From contig CAKQEP010000001.1 in assembly GCA_934230325.1 (NCBI GenBank), positions 84,739-148,738 of the forward strand: a stretch of DNA of 64,000 bases, read 5' to 3'. This stretch comes from an uncultured Clostridia bacterium (GTDB taxonomy: Bacteria; Bacillota; Clostridia; Christensenellales; CAG-314). The position numbers and the translations under genes are program-made. Numbering within the stretch: the first letter of the stretch is position 1; every line of letters starts with the position of its first letter. This document shows positions 46,300 through 55,789 of this stretch, piece by piece. The notes under the pieces were generated by a model that saw only the letters and a list, made by a program, of their open reading frames with translations, was not told where the DNA came from and made no database searches.

Positions 46300-46635
46300 T
46301 TAAACCTCCGTCAGATTGATAATGTTTTTTAGTGCGTCGGACAACCGAGCGTTGTCGTCGCAATTATCGAGCAGTTTGTGCGCTTCAGCGTTGATTTTGC
46401 GCATTTTTTCCAACACGTGCATTTTTTGCTCTGCGTTTAGCAAAATCGTTTCCGCTTTGGCTATGCTGTCGTGTACCGCCTGCCGCGTAATACCTACCTG
46501 CTCGGCAATTTCCCCCAAAGAACAATCTCCCGCATAAAAAAGCGACAGCATTTTGCGTTGTTTGTCGGTGAGCAAACTGCCGTAAATATCCGCAAGATAA
46601 GTCATTTGAATTTTGTCGAGTTTAGTTTCTTTCAT
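46300..46635 (-). CDS. ylxM: YlxM (UPF0122) putative helix-turn-helix protein
   Basis: 111 aa; MTYLADIYGSLLTDKQRKMLSLFYAGDCSLGEIAEQ matches the YlxM pattern. Located immediately upstream of ffh. Confidence 0.85.
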   Translation of the reverse strand: MKETKLDKIQMTYLADIYGSLLTDKQRKMLSLFYAGDCSLGEIAEQVGITRQAVHDSIAKAETILLNAEQKMHVLEKMRKINAEAHKLLDNCDDNARLSDALKNIINLTEV

Positions 46636-46640
46636 AAAGG

Positions 46641-46670
46641 CGGGTGTAAAGCAAAAATACTTTACACCCG
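46641..46670 (-). promoter_or_regulatory. 5'-proximal stem-loop in the ylxM-ffh leader
   Basis: Minus strand reads GGGTGTAAAG-tattttt(g)-CTTTACACCC. The stem begins ~4 nt after the -10 element and ends 6 nt before the ATG. No SD is visible. Confidence 0.4.
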
Positions 46671-46673
46671 TAT

Positions 46674-46701
46674 ATTATATACACAATAAAAAATTTGTCA
46701 A
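46674..46701 (-). promoter_or_regulatory. Consensus sigma-A promoter of ylxM-ffh
   Basis: Minus strand reads TTGACA (46701-46696), a 16-nt spacer, then TATAAT (46679-46674). Confidence 0.6.
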
Positions 46702-46707
46702 CTGTTT

Positions 46708-47601
46708 TTAGATAATTCCTTCAATAAATGCTTTTGGGTCAAAGGGTACAAGGTCGTCTATCCCTTCTCCTACTCCGACAAAGTATACTGGCAAGTCTTT
46801 TTCGTTGTTGACGGCGAGAACAACGCCGCCTTTTGCCGTACCGTCGAGTTTTGTGAGAATTATTCCGTCAAGGTCTATTGCCTCGTCAAAAATTTCGCAC
46901 TGATTTATTGCGTTTTGCCCCGTCGTGGCGTCAAGAACAAGCAAATTTATTCTTTGCGCTTCCGGATATTCCCGCTCGGCTACTCTGCTTATCTTTTTAA
47001 GTTCTTCCATCAAATTCTTTTTGTTGTGAAGTCTGCCCGCCGTATCGACGATTACGACGTCCGTCCCTTTGCTTTTTGCGCTGGATACGGCGTCATAAAC
47101 TACAGACGCGGGATCGCTGCCTTCGCGGTGCATAATTATGCGCACGTTTGCTCTGTCTGCCCAAACGCCCAACTGCTCGCCCGCCGCCGCGCGGAAGGTG
47201 TCCGCCGCCGCTACCACCACGCTTTTGCCCTGATTTGCAAAATAATTTGCGAGTTTGCCTATGCTCGTGGTTTTTCCTACTCCGTTGACGCCTACCACAG
47301 TGATGACGGTGGGCGGCGTGACGTTAAGTCCGTCATTAGCCAAAATTTCTTCCAAAACTTCCTTTAAGCAATCCGTTGCTTTTTGTGCGTCGGTGACGTG
47401 TTTCTCGTCGATTTTTTCCTTTAAGTTTTCTATAATGACGTCGGTAGTTTCCGCGCCGACGTCGGCGGACAAAAGAATATCCGTCATTTCGTCGTAAAAA
47501 TCGTCGTTGAATATGCCGACTTTAAAAAGTTTTTTGATTTTAAAACCTAATATTTCTTTGGTCTTTTTTAGTCCTTCTGCGATTTTGCTGAAAAATCCCA
47601 T
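46708..47601 (-). CDS. ftsY: Signal recognition particle receptor FtsY
   Basis: 297 aa with NG-domain motifs GVNGVGKTTS, DTAGR and TKLDG. Short form lacking an acidic A domain. Confidence 0.95.
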   Translation of the reverse strand: MGFFSKIAEGLKKTKEILGFKIKKLFKVGIFNDDFYDEMTDILLSADVGAETTDVIIENLKEKIDEKHVTDAQKATDCLKEVLEEILANDGLNVTPPTVITVVGVNGVGKTTSIGKLANYFANQGKSVVVAAADTFRAAAGEQLGVWADRANVRIIMHREGSDPASVVYDAVSSAKSKGTDVVIVDTAGRLHNKKNLMEELKKISRVAEREYPEAQRINLLVLDATTGQNAINQCEIFDEAIDLDGIILTKLDGTAKGGVVLAVNNEKDLPVYFVGVGEGIDDLVPFDPKAFIEGII

Positions 47602-47625
47602 AAAAAAATCTCCTTAATCTCCTTA

Positions 47626-50600
47626 TTATTCGTCAATTTGAGAAATTGCGTCGGCAAGTTTAACGGCAACGCTTTTAGAAACGCCTTTTTCCTCCATCGT
47701 CACGCCGTACAAAACGTCAGAAGCCTCCATCGTCGGTTTTTTGTGGGTAATGACGATAAACTGCGTCTTTTCGCTGAACAATCTCAAATACTCCGCAACG
47801 CGCTCGGTGTTTGCGTCGTCGAGAGGCGCTTCTATCTCGTCAAGAACGCAAAACGGCATCGGACGAAATTTGATTATCGCCAAAAGTATCGCCACTGCCG
47901 AAAGCGCGCGCTCGCCGCCCGACAATGCGCTGATGTTTTGAACGTGTTTTCCCGGTGGCTGCGCCTCTATTTCTATGCCGTAATCCAAAGGCGAAACGCC
48001 TTCCTCCTCCTCGATGGTGAGTCTTGCTCTGCCGCCCGCAAACAACTGCTTGAATATTTCGCCAAAGTTTCTGTTTATCACTTCAAAGCCTGCGTCAAAC
48101 CGCTCGACCATTTCCTTTGTGAGTTCTTGCAGCACCTTTTGTTGGTCGCCTTCCGCTTTGCGCAAATCTTCCATCTGCGAGTCCATATCGTCGTAACGGT
48201 CTTTGGTGTCTTGATAATCCTGAATACTGTTGACGTTGACGTATCCGAGTCGCGCTATAGAGGTTTTTAGTTTTGCGATTTCTTCCTCTGCGGATTTAAA
48301 ATCAAAGTCTTCCTGTTTGTATTGCAACGCTTGCGAGTAACTCAACTGATAAACTTCGTCCATACGCTTTTGCAAAGCGTCGAGCGCAATGTCGATATTG
48401 CTCAATTCGTTTTCTGCTTTGAGTATGCTTTCGTTGATACGAGTAACTTCCAACCCTGCGCGACCTCTGTCTTCGTCTGCTTTTGCGTGCATTTCCTTGA
48501 GTTTGTCTTTCAACTCTCCCAACTCGACGTTTTTTTGCTTGATTTTTTCAAGCGCGGCTACTTTGCTACTGTCTGCGCTACTCATAATAAGTTTTTGACG
48601 TAAATCGTTAATGTTGAGTTGCGCGGTTTCGAGTTTTTGAGTTTTTTCCTTAAGGTCAAAATCAAGGCTGGCAAGATATTTTTGCGAAGTGGATATATCT
48701 TTTTCGTCGTTTGCGATATTGTTTGTTGCCAAACTAATTTTGAGTTTGATGTCGTTGCAATCGTCAAACAATGCGTTACGCTTTAATTTTAAATTTTCGT
48801 ACTCCTTGTTTACAGAATTGTCGGCATCGGATATTTTGCCTTGCTCGTCTGACAGTTTTTGCAAATCGTTGTTTGCGGTTTCGATATTTTTAGCAATTTT
48901 TGCAAGTTTGTCGTTTATCGACGCTCTTTCTGAAGAAATTCCTTTAAAAAAGTTTCTTTCGCTATCGCTCAATGCGCCGAATTTTGATATTCTTTCCTGA
49001 TAAGAAGCGACTTTTACTATCGCTTGTTGATATTCCGCATTTAACCGCGCCAAAGTAAGGGCGTACTTTTGCTTGCGAGAAGTAAGGTCGTTTTTTAAGG
49101 AAAGTTTTTGGTCGAGCTCCTTTTGAACGGTCGCTATTTTACCTTTGAGTTCTTCAAGTTCTCTTTCGTTACCCAAAAGTCCGCTTTCGCTACGCCTGCT
49201 ACCGCCGCTTATCGTGCCGGACGGAACGATAATTTCTCCTTCCAACGTCACTATGCGGTAAGAATAAGCGTATTTTCTGCTTATCGCAACCGCATTGTCT
49301 ATGTTGTCCACCATAAGAGTTGCGCCCAACAAGTTGTTTACTACAGGCATATACTCTCTTTGCGTGGAAACAAAATCTTCCGCAATACCAAGACAACCGT
49401 GCTCTTTTAAAACGCGCGTATCGTCAAGTCCGCGCGAGCGCAACCCCGACAACGGCATAAAAGTTATTCTGCCGTATCTGCGTTGTTTTAAGTATGCGAT
49501 AAGATATTTTGCGTCTTCTTCGTTTTTGGTCACGACGTTTTGCAAACTCGCGCCAAGACACGCTTCTATCGCTATTTCGTATTTTTGCGCAACCTTTATA
49601 AGGTTGGCGACTACGCCTATCGCTTTGGATTTGAGCGCGGCGTCGTTTTGTGCGTCAACCATCAATTGTTTTACGCTGGCTATATATCCGTCGTAATTTT
49701 CCGTTGCGTTGAGCAAATATTTATGTCTTGCCCTTAGTACCGCAAGACTTTGATTAAGACTGTTGACGGCGTTGGTCGCTTCAAACAGTTTTTGCTCGTT
49801 GTCGGTATTTTGAGATTGTTGCTCGTCCAACTCCTTTTTGCAACGTTCTTCCTCATTTTTAAACTCGTCGAATTGAGTGATGACGCGTTTTTCTTCCTCG
49901 CTTGTTTCGGCAAGTTTTTCCGTAATTTCTTTTTCCTGCTCCTCTATATCCGCAAGACGATTGTTGAGCGTATTTTTTTCCGAAACGAAACTTGCGAGAG
50001 AAGCCTTCCTTTCCGTGATTTTATCCAACAAATCCATTCTGCGTTGTTGAACTTCTTCCGCAGAACCGCGCATTGCGCCTACCTTTTTTTCCGCTTCGGC
50101 AAGGCGAGCGTTGTATTCCGCAAGTTTTTTGGACAGCTCCGCATGGTTTTGTCTTTTTTGCTCCAAACTCTCGTTGAGTTCGTCGATTTTTGCTTTGGTT
50201 TGTAATATCTGATTGTTGTCGCTCTCGATATCCGCGCCGGTATCGATAATGGATTTTTCAAAATATTTAATCTGCTCGGTCAACAATCTGTTTTCGCCCG
50301 ATTGACGCTCGACGGCAACCGACAAATCCAACTCGTCGTTGTGCAATTTTGATATTTCTGCGTCGGCGTCGGCTATTTGATTGTATATGTCCTGATAGCG
50401 AATATTTGCTTCTTCTTGCTTTTTTTCTGCAAAACTCCGTTCCTCTTGCAAGCCGTCTATACGAGTATTTATGCGTTGTTTATCCAAACTTGCGTTGTCA
50501 TAACGGTATATGTAAGCGTTTACTTCGTAATTTTGCAGTTGTGCGCTTAAATCAAGGTATTTTTTTGCCGTTTCGCACTGTCTTTTGAGCGGAGCGAGTT

Positions 50601-51201
50601 GATTGTTTAACTCCGACATAATATCGTTTAAACGGCTCATATTGTCGCGATAACGAGCAAGTTTGCTTTCCGTTTCCTTTTTACGAACGCGGAATTTGGA
50701 TATGCCCAACGCTTCTTCAAAAATTGCGCGGCGGTCGTCGGGTTTTGCGTCGAGAATAGCCGCCATGCGCCCTTGTCCGACGATGCTATAACCTTCTCTG
50801 CCCAAACCTACTTCTCTCAACAAATCGCTTATTATCTTTAATTTTGAAGGGCTTTTGTTAATAAGATATTCGCTCTCGCCGCTACGATAAAGTTTGCGGC
50901 TTATTATCACTTCGTCAAGGTCGAGAGGAAACATTCTTTCCTTATTATCAAAATACAACGATACTTCGCAATAACTCATCGATTTGCGTTTTTCCGTACC
51001 GTTGAAAATAAGGTCCTGCATGGTTTTGCCACGCATAATTTTTGCCGACTGCTCGCCAAGAACCCACCTGACCGCGTCGGATACGTTGCTTTTGCCGCAA
51101 CCGTTTGGTCCGACGATAGCCGTAATAGGCTTGTCAAACTTCATTTCAAACTTGTCGGCAAATGATTTAAAACCGTATGCTTCAATTTTTGATAAATTCA
51201 C
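47626..51201 (-). CDS. smc: Chromosome partition protein SMC
   Basis: 1191 aa with the N-terminal Walker A GPNGCGKSN, long coiled coils, a central hinge, and the C-terminal LSGGE signature plus Walker B FCVLDE. Confidence 0.97.
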   Translation of the reverse strand: MNLSKIEAYGFKSFADKFEMKFDKPITAIVGPNGCGKSNVSDAVRWVLGEQSAKIMRGKTMQDLIFNGTEKRKSMSYCEVSLYFDNKERMFPLDLDEVIISRKLYRSGESEYLINKSPSKLKIISDLLREVGLGREGYSIVGQGRMAAILDAKPDDRRAIFEEALGISKFRVRKKETESKLARYRDNMSRLNDIMSELNNQLAPLKRQCETAKKYLDLSAQLQNYEVNAYIYRYDNASLDKQRINTRIDGLQEERSFAEKKQEEANIRYQDIYNQIADADAEISKLHNDELDLSVAVERQSGENRLLTEQIKYFEKSIIDTGADIESDNNQILQTKAKIDELNESLEQKRQNHAELSKKLAEYNARLAEAEKKVGAMRGSAEEVQQRRMDLLDKITERKASLASFVSEKNTLNNRLADIEEQEKEITEKLAETSEEEKRVITQFDEFKNEEERCKKELDEQQSQNTDNEQKLFEATNAVNSLNQSLAVLRARHKYLLNATENYDGYIASVKQLMVDAQNDAALKSKAIGVVANLIKVAQKYEIAIEACLGASLQNVVTKNEEDAKYLIAYLKQRRYGRITFMPLSGLRSRGLDDTRVLKEHGCLGIAEDFVSTQREYMPVVNNLLGATLMVDNIDNAVAISRKYAYSYRIVTLEGEIIVPSGTISGGSRRSESGLLGNERELEELKGKIATVQKELDQKLSLKNDLTSRKQKYALTLARLNAEYQQAIVKVASYQERISKFGALSDSERNFFKGISSERASINDKLAKIAKNIETANNDLQKLSDEQGKISDADNSVNKEYENLKLKRNALFDDCNDIKLKISLATNNIANDEKDISTSQKYLASLDFDLKEKTQKLETAQLNINDLRQKLIMSSADSSKVAALEKIKQKNVELGELKDKLKEMHAKADEDRGRAGLEVTRINESILKAENELSNIDIALDALQKRMDEVYQLSYSQALQYKQEDFDFKSAEEEIAKLKTSIARLGYVNVNSIQDYQDTKDRYDDMDSQMEDLRKAEGDQQKVLQELTKEMVERFDAGFEVINRNFGEIFKQLFAGGRARLTIEEEEGVSPLDYGIEIEAQPPGKHVQNISALSGGERALSAVAILLAIIKFRPMPFCVLDEIEAPLDDANTERVAEYLRLFSEKTQFIVITHKKPTMEASDVLYGVTMEEKGVSKSVAVKLADAISQIDE

Positions 51202-51212
51202 ACTATTCCTCT

Positions 51213-51926
51213 CTATCTATATAAATCAAGACTTTTTAAAGCGCGTTTTGCCGCATAATTTTGCGCTTCTCTTATGCTGTTGCCATAACCTTCGCCGCAT
51301 TTTTTGCCGTTGATTTTTACAAAATAATAAAAGACGGGACGGTTGTCCATGCCTTCCTTTTTGTCCAAAACGTATTCGACGGAAAACTTTTTCTTTTCGC
51401 TTGCCTCTTTCAACATCGTTTTAAAGTCATGCGTCACGGTTTCAAAGCGCATAGCCTCACCCATCTCTTTGCATAACGTGTCAAAAATAAATCTTCTCGC
51501 TTGGTTCAATCCGCCGTCAAAGTAAATGGCGCACAACAACGCTTCGTAAAGGTCGGCATATAGTTTTTTGTTTTTATCGTCGTTGTCTTTGACAAGCATA
51601 CTGTTTCCGACAAGCAGATATTCTCCCACCCCGAGCGAATGAATTTCTCTGTACAAACTCGCGGTGTCTACAACGTCCGAGCGTACTTGTGTGTACTCCC
51701 CTTCGTTTTTGTCGGGATAGTTTTCGTAAAGATACTGCGCCACTACAAAATCCAGCAACGCATCGCCTAAAAATTCCATGCGTTCGTTGCTGGGTTCGTT
51801 GTGGGTTTTTGCGTATGACGAATGAGTAAATGCCGTCGCCAGCAATTGCCTGTCTTTAAACTGATATTTTATTGCCTTTTCAATCGCGTCCAGCGACTGT
51901 ATTAAGTTCTGTTTTGAGGTTTTCAA
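51213..51926 (-). CDS. rnc: Ribonuclease III
   Basis: ERMEFLGDALLD signature and a C-terminal dsRBD. TTG start at 51926 has AGGAG 8 nt upstream. Overlaps the plsX 3' end by 47 nt. Confidence 0.93.
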   Translation of the reverse strand: MKTSKQNLIQSLDAIEKAIKYQFKDRQLLATAFTHSSYAKTHNEPSNERMEFLGDALLDFVVAQYLYENYPDKNEGEYTQVRSDVVDTASLYREIHSLGVGEYLLVGNSMLVKDNDDKNKKLYADLYEALLCAIYFDGGLNQARRFIFDTLCKEMGEAMRFETVTHDFKTMLKEASEKKKFSVEYVLDKKEGMDNRPVFYYFVKINGKKCGEGYGNSIREAQNYAAKRALKSLDLYR

Positions 51927-52893
51927 TCAGATTGCTCCTGTGCATGTTTACGACTTGCATTATACTGCCGCAAATACTTTCGGCTTTACTGCTGCCGTGA
52001 GCTTTTATTACGAGTTTTTCTACGCCCAAAAATACCGCGCCGCTGCGCTTGTTGTAATCCATAGTGTTGGCAAGGTTTTTAAAGTTCTTTTTTAACATGT
52101 TGCCGGCGATTTTTGTCTTTAAACTCGACATAATCTCCTGCTTAATCATGGTCATAACGGTAATAACCGCCCCTTCCAACGATTTTAACGCTACGTTGCC
52201 CCAAAACCCGTCGCATACCACTACGTCGTATTTGCCGCTGAGCATGTCGCGAGCCTCCATGTTGCCGACAAAATTTATCGGCATTTCTTTGAGCATGGCA
52301 AAAGTATCGTGTACGAGTTGATTGCCTTTTTTGTCTTCCGTACCGTTTGACATCAACGCTATACGGGGATTGTCGACGTTGAGCATACATTTGGCGTATG
52401 CGTTTCCCATAAGCGCAAAATCCGCAAGCATATTCGCTTTGCAATCTACGTTTGCGCCGCAATCGACAAGTATGACGCTTTTGCCGTCTATCGTAGGCAA
52501 AATGGGCGCAAGAGCGGGACGATGTATACCCTTTATCCTGCCTATCTTTAAAAACGCGCCCGTAAGAACTGCGCCGGTATTCCCCGCGCTGACAAGCCCT
52601 ATGCAATCGGGATCGTTTTTTACTCTATCCAAAGCCACAACAAGACTGCTGTCTTTTTTAGTGCGGATAGCGACGGTCGGAGCGTCGTCGTTTGTAATGA
52701 CTTCCGGTGCGTCAACGATTTCTATACGCGTATAATCGTCTATCGGGTAATTGTTTAAAAGCGTTTTGATTTCCTCCGCTTTACCCACCATAACGACGTC
52801 AAAGCCTTTGTTTAATCTCATCGCGTCTATACAACCGGTGATAATTTCGTTTGGGGCGTAGTCGCCGCCATAAATATCTACTACAACTTTCAT
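51880..52893 (-). CDS. plsX: Phosphate acyltransferase PlsX
   Basis: I prefer ATG 52893 (MKVVVDIYGGDYAP, GGTGA 5 nt upstream). The ORF track starts at GTG 52902. Confidence 0.95.
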   Translation of the reverse strand: MKVVVDIYGGDYAPNEIITGCIDAMRLNKGFDVVMVGKAEEIKTLLNNYPIDDYTRIEIVDAPEVITNDDAPTVAIRTKKDSSLVVALDRVKNDPDCIGLVSAGNTGAVLTGAFLKIGRIKGIHRPALAPILPTIDGKSVILVDCGANVDCKANMLADFALMGNAYAKCMLNVDNPRIALMSNGTEDKKGNQLVHDTFAMLKEMPINFVGNMEARDMLSGKYDVVVCDGFWGNVALKSLEGAVITVMTMIKQEIMSSLKTKIAGNMLKKNFKNLANTMDYNKRSGAVFLGVEKLVIKAHGSSKAESICGSIMQVVNMHRSNLIENLKTELNTVAGRD

Positions 52894-52958
52894 ATCGTTC
52901 ACCTTTTTAAAAATACATTTTTACTAATTAAAATGCTCGATGCAATTTAATTTTTATT

Positions 52959-52987
52959 ATTCTACCACAAAATCGGTGCGGCGGCAA
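52959..52987 (-). promoter_or_regulatory. Candidate sigma-A promoter of plsX-rnc-smc
   Basis: Minus strand reads TTGCCG (52987-52982), a 17-nt spacer, then TGgTAGAAT (-10 at 52964-52959). Confidence 0.4.
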
Positions 52988-52999
52988 TTAAATATAACA

Positions 53000-53029
53000 A
53001 TGTTTCACAAAAAAGTTGATGTTTCACAA
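53000..53029. repeat. Two exact 11-nt direct repeats upstream of the plsX promoter
   Basis: ATGTTTCACAA occurs at 53000-53010 and again at 53019-53029 (period 19 nt). On the minus strand this reads TTGTGAAACAT twice, just upstream of the -35 element. Confidence 0.6.
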
Positions 53030-53116
53030 TCGCAAACGACCTTTTGTTTATAATGACGATTTTTTGTTGGTAAAAACAACAATTTTTTTGCATTTTAATT
53101 CTGCGTTTTATACCAC

Positions 53117-53147
53117 AACAAAAAAGCGAGCCGAATTTGACTCGCTG
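53117..53147 (-). terminator. Rho-independent terminator after rpmF
   Basis: Minus strand reads AGCGAG-tcaaattcgg-CTCGCT followed by TTTTTTG. Confidence 0.55.
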
Positions 53148-53200
53148 AATTGTTTATCCAAACCGTACCGACAAGCGCGGTAAAATACAACAAAAAAGAT

Positions 53201-53389
53201 TTACTTATTTTCTTCTTTTTGCTCGACTACCTGTCTGCCGTCATAATATCCGCAGTGTTTGCATACCGTATGCGGTCTGATTTTTGCATTGCAATGAGAG
53301 CACACCACCAAATTAGGTGCGCTTATCTTCCAGTTTGCGGATCTGGTATGTTTTCTTTGCTTGGAAATTTTTCTTTTTGGTACTGCCAT
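53201..53389 (-). CDS. rpmF: 50S ribosomal protein L32
   Basis: MAVPKRKISKQRKHTRSANWK N-terminus with CxxC...CxxC zinc-ribbon cysteines. GGAGG RBS. Confidence 0.95.
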   Translation of the reverse strand: MAVPKRKISKQRKHTRSANWKISAPNLVVCSHCNAKIRPHTVCKHCGYYDGRQVVEQKEENK

Positions 53390-53425
53390 CTTTATCGCCT
53401 CCGAGTTTTATAAACTATCCGTAGT

Positions 53426-53454
53426 ATTATAACTGCCAAAACGGATATTGTCAA
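53426..53454 (-). promoter_or_regulatory. Consensus sigma-A promoter of rpmF
   Basis: Minus strand reads TTGACA (53454-53449), a 17-nt spacer, then TATAAT (53431-53426). Confidence 0.6.
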
Positions 53455-53463
53455 ACATTTAAA

Positions 53464-54663
53464 CTAAAATTTTGCAATCCTTTTGGTTTCTTTTGCTATT
53501 ACGAGTTCCTCATTTGTCGGAATGACGAGTATTTTTACCTTGCTGTCCGCCGCAGAAATATCCGCGATTTGTCCGCGCGGGCAATTTTCGTTCTTTTGTT
53601 CGTCGAGTTTGACTCCGAGATAATCCATATCTTTGCAAGCCATACTGCGCACGTAAGGCGTGTTTTCGCCAACGCCGGCAGTAAATACGATGCAATCGCA
53701 ACCGTCCATTATCGCGGCGTATTGTCCGATATAACCCTTTATCCTGTAAGCAAAGACGTCTACCGCGAGTTTGTTGCGAGGATTATCAAAAGCGTTGCCC
53801 ATAGTAAGGTCGCGGAAATCGCTGCTCACGCCGGAAAGACCGAGCATACCGCTCTTTTTGTTGAGGTATGCGATAGTTTGAGCGATTGTCATATTCTTTT
53901 TGTTCATGAGATACTCTACTACCGCAGCGTCGATATTGCCGCAACGAGTACCCATCGGCAGTCCTTCCAACGGGGTGAATCCCATAGAAGTATCCATACA
54001 TTTGCCGCCTTTTACCGCCGCTATACTGCTACCGTTGCCGAGATGGCAAGTAATGATTTTGAGTTCTTCGGGTTTTTTGCCGAGAAACTTTGCGGCTTCT
54101 CCGCTGACAAACATATGGCTCGTCCCGTGAAAACCGTATTTTCTTATGCGAAGTTGTTTGTAATCGTCGTAAGGAATACCGTACAAAAAGGCTTCCTGCG
54201 GCATCGTCGCGTGGAAAGCAGTATCGAATACGGCAACCATAGGCGTGTTTGGCATAACCTTGCGGCAAGCCTCGATACCCATAATGTTTGCGGGGTTGTG
54301 GAGAGGCGCGAGTTCTATGTTGTCCCTACAGCACTTCAAAACGTCATCGTCGATAAGAACGGACGAGTTGTAATCTTCTGCCCCGTGTACGACGCGGTGA
54401 CCGACGGCAGAAATTTCGGACATGTTTTTAACGACGCCGCATTGCTCGTTGGTGAGCGCGTCAAGCACCATTTTTATTGCTTTTTCGTGGTTGGGCATAG
54501 CCTCTTTAAAAACGTATTCCTTACCGTTGACTTTGTGCGTCAAAACGCTTCCGTCGATACCTATACGCTCGCAAAGACCTTTGGCGATAACGGATTCGTT
54601 TTGCATGTCGATAAGTTGATATTTAAGACTGCTACTTCCTGCGTTGATAACTAAAATTTTCAT
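53464..54663 (-). CDS. ackA: Acetate kinase
   Basis: 399 aa with [16 protein letters not shown] at the N-terminus and the HLGNGSS motif. Confidence 0.97.
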   Translation of the reverse strand: MKILVINAGSSSLKYQLIDMQNESVIAKGLCERIGIDGSVLTHKVNGKEYVFKEAMPNHEKAIKMVLDALTNEQCGVVKNMSEISAVGHRVVHGAEDYNSSVLIDDDVLKCCRDNIELAPLHNPANIMGIEACRKVMPNTPMVAVFDTAFHATMPQEAFLYGIPYDDYKQLRIRKYGFHGTSHMFVSGEAAKFLGKKPEELKIITCHLGNGSSIAAVKGGKCMDTSMGFTPLEGLPMGTRCGNIDAAVVEYLMNKKNMTIAQTIAYLNKKSGMLGLSGVSSDFRDLTMGNAFDNPRNKLAVDVFAYRIKGYIGQYAAIMDGCDCIVFTAGVGENTPYVRSMACKDMDYLGVKLDEQKNENCPRGQIADISAADSKVKILVIPTNEELVIAKETKRIAKF

Positions 54664-54686
54664 ATCGATTTATTCTCCTTAATTTT

Positions 54687-55673
54687 TTATTGAGCAGACT
54701 CTATGCACGTCAAAGCAACAGTACCGACGATGTCGTCAACGTTGCAACCGCGCGACAAATCGTTTACGGGTTTTGCAAAACCTTGACAAATAGGACCATA
54801 AGCGTCAAAACCGCCCAAACGCTGTACAAGTTTGTAACCGATGTTGCCTGCATTGAGTTCCGGAAATACAAGAACGTTTGCCTGACCTGCAACTTTGCTG
54901 CCCTTTGCCTTTAACGCGGCTACTTCCGGCACTAAAGCGGCGTCTACCTGCAACTCGCCGTCAATGGCAAGGTCGGGCGCTTTTTGCTTGACCAACGCTG
55001 CCGCTTCCTGCACTTTAGTAACAAGGTCATGCTTCGCGCTGCCTTTTGTTGAGAAACTAAGCATTGCTACTTTAGGCTCTACGCCCAAAAAGGCTTTTGC
55101 GGAGTTGTGAGACGCAATTGCGATATCGCAAAGTTGCTCGGCAGTAGGATCGGGAGTGACCGCGCAATCGGCAAACAGATAAAGACTGTTTTCCTCTCTT
55201 TGCGGGTGGTTGAGAATAAAGAAACCGCTCACGGTGCTAATGCCTTTTGCAGTTTTGATTATCTGCAATGCGGGACGAAGCATATCGCCCGTGCTATGGA
55301 CTGCGCCGCCTACCATACCGTCCGCTTCGCCTTGTTTAACCATCATAACTCCGTACCACATAACGTCGTTCATAAGGTCGGAAGCCTGTTGCTCCGTCAT
55401 ACCTTTTGCCTTGCGAAGTTCGTACAGATAATTGCTGTATTCCGCATGCTTTTCGCTGGTAAGCGGATTAACAAAGGTTATGCCGTCGAGATTGACGTCG
55501 GGGCATTTTTGTTGAGCAACCGCTTTGTCTCCCAACAAAATGATTTTTGCAAGTTTTTCCTTCGTGCAAACTTCTGCCGCGCGAATTACGCGGGGCTCTT
55601 CGCCCTCAGGCATAACTATCGTCTTGTTGAGTTTTTTGGCTTGGTCTTTGTACTTCTGGATAAGATTTAACAT
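54687..55673 (-). CDS. pta: Phosphate acetyltransferase
   Basis: 328 aa short-form Pta ([15 protein letters not shown]...), located directly upstream of ackA. Confidence 0.95.
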   Translation of the reverse strand: MLNLIQKYKDQAKKLNKTIVMPEGEEPRVIRAAEVCTKEKLAKIILLGDKAVAQQKCPDVNLDGITFVNPLTSEKHAEYSNYLYELRKAKGMTEQQASDLMNDVMWYGVMMVKQGEADGMVGGAVHSTGDMLRPALQIIKTAKGISTVSGFFILNHPQREENSLYLFADCAVTPDPTAEQLCDIAIASHNSAKAFLGVEPKVAMLSFSTKGSAKHDLVTKVQEAAALVKQKAPDLAIDGELQVDAALVPEVAALKAKGSKVAGQANVLVFPELNAGNIGYKLVQRLGGFDAYGPICQGFAKPVNDLSRGCNVDDIVGTVALTCIESAQ

Positions 55674-55687
55674 GATATCTCCCCTTG

Positions 55688-55716
55688 TTGATAAAAATTA
55701 TTTTTTGTGTTATTAT
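55688..55716 (+). promoter_or_regulatory. Candidate promoter of tmcAL-ylbJ
   Basis: Plus strand reads TTGATA (55688-55693), a 17-nt spacer, then TGtTATTAT (-10 at 55711-55716). Confidence 0.4.
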
Positions 55717-55789
55717 AGCGGTAGAGTTTCCGCAACGTATCTATATTACTACAAAATTCTAAAATAGTAAACAGGAGTGACGCAAAAAT

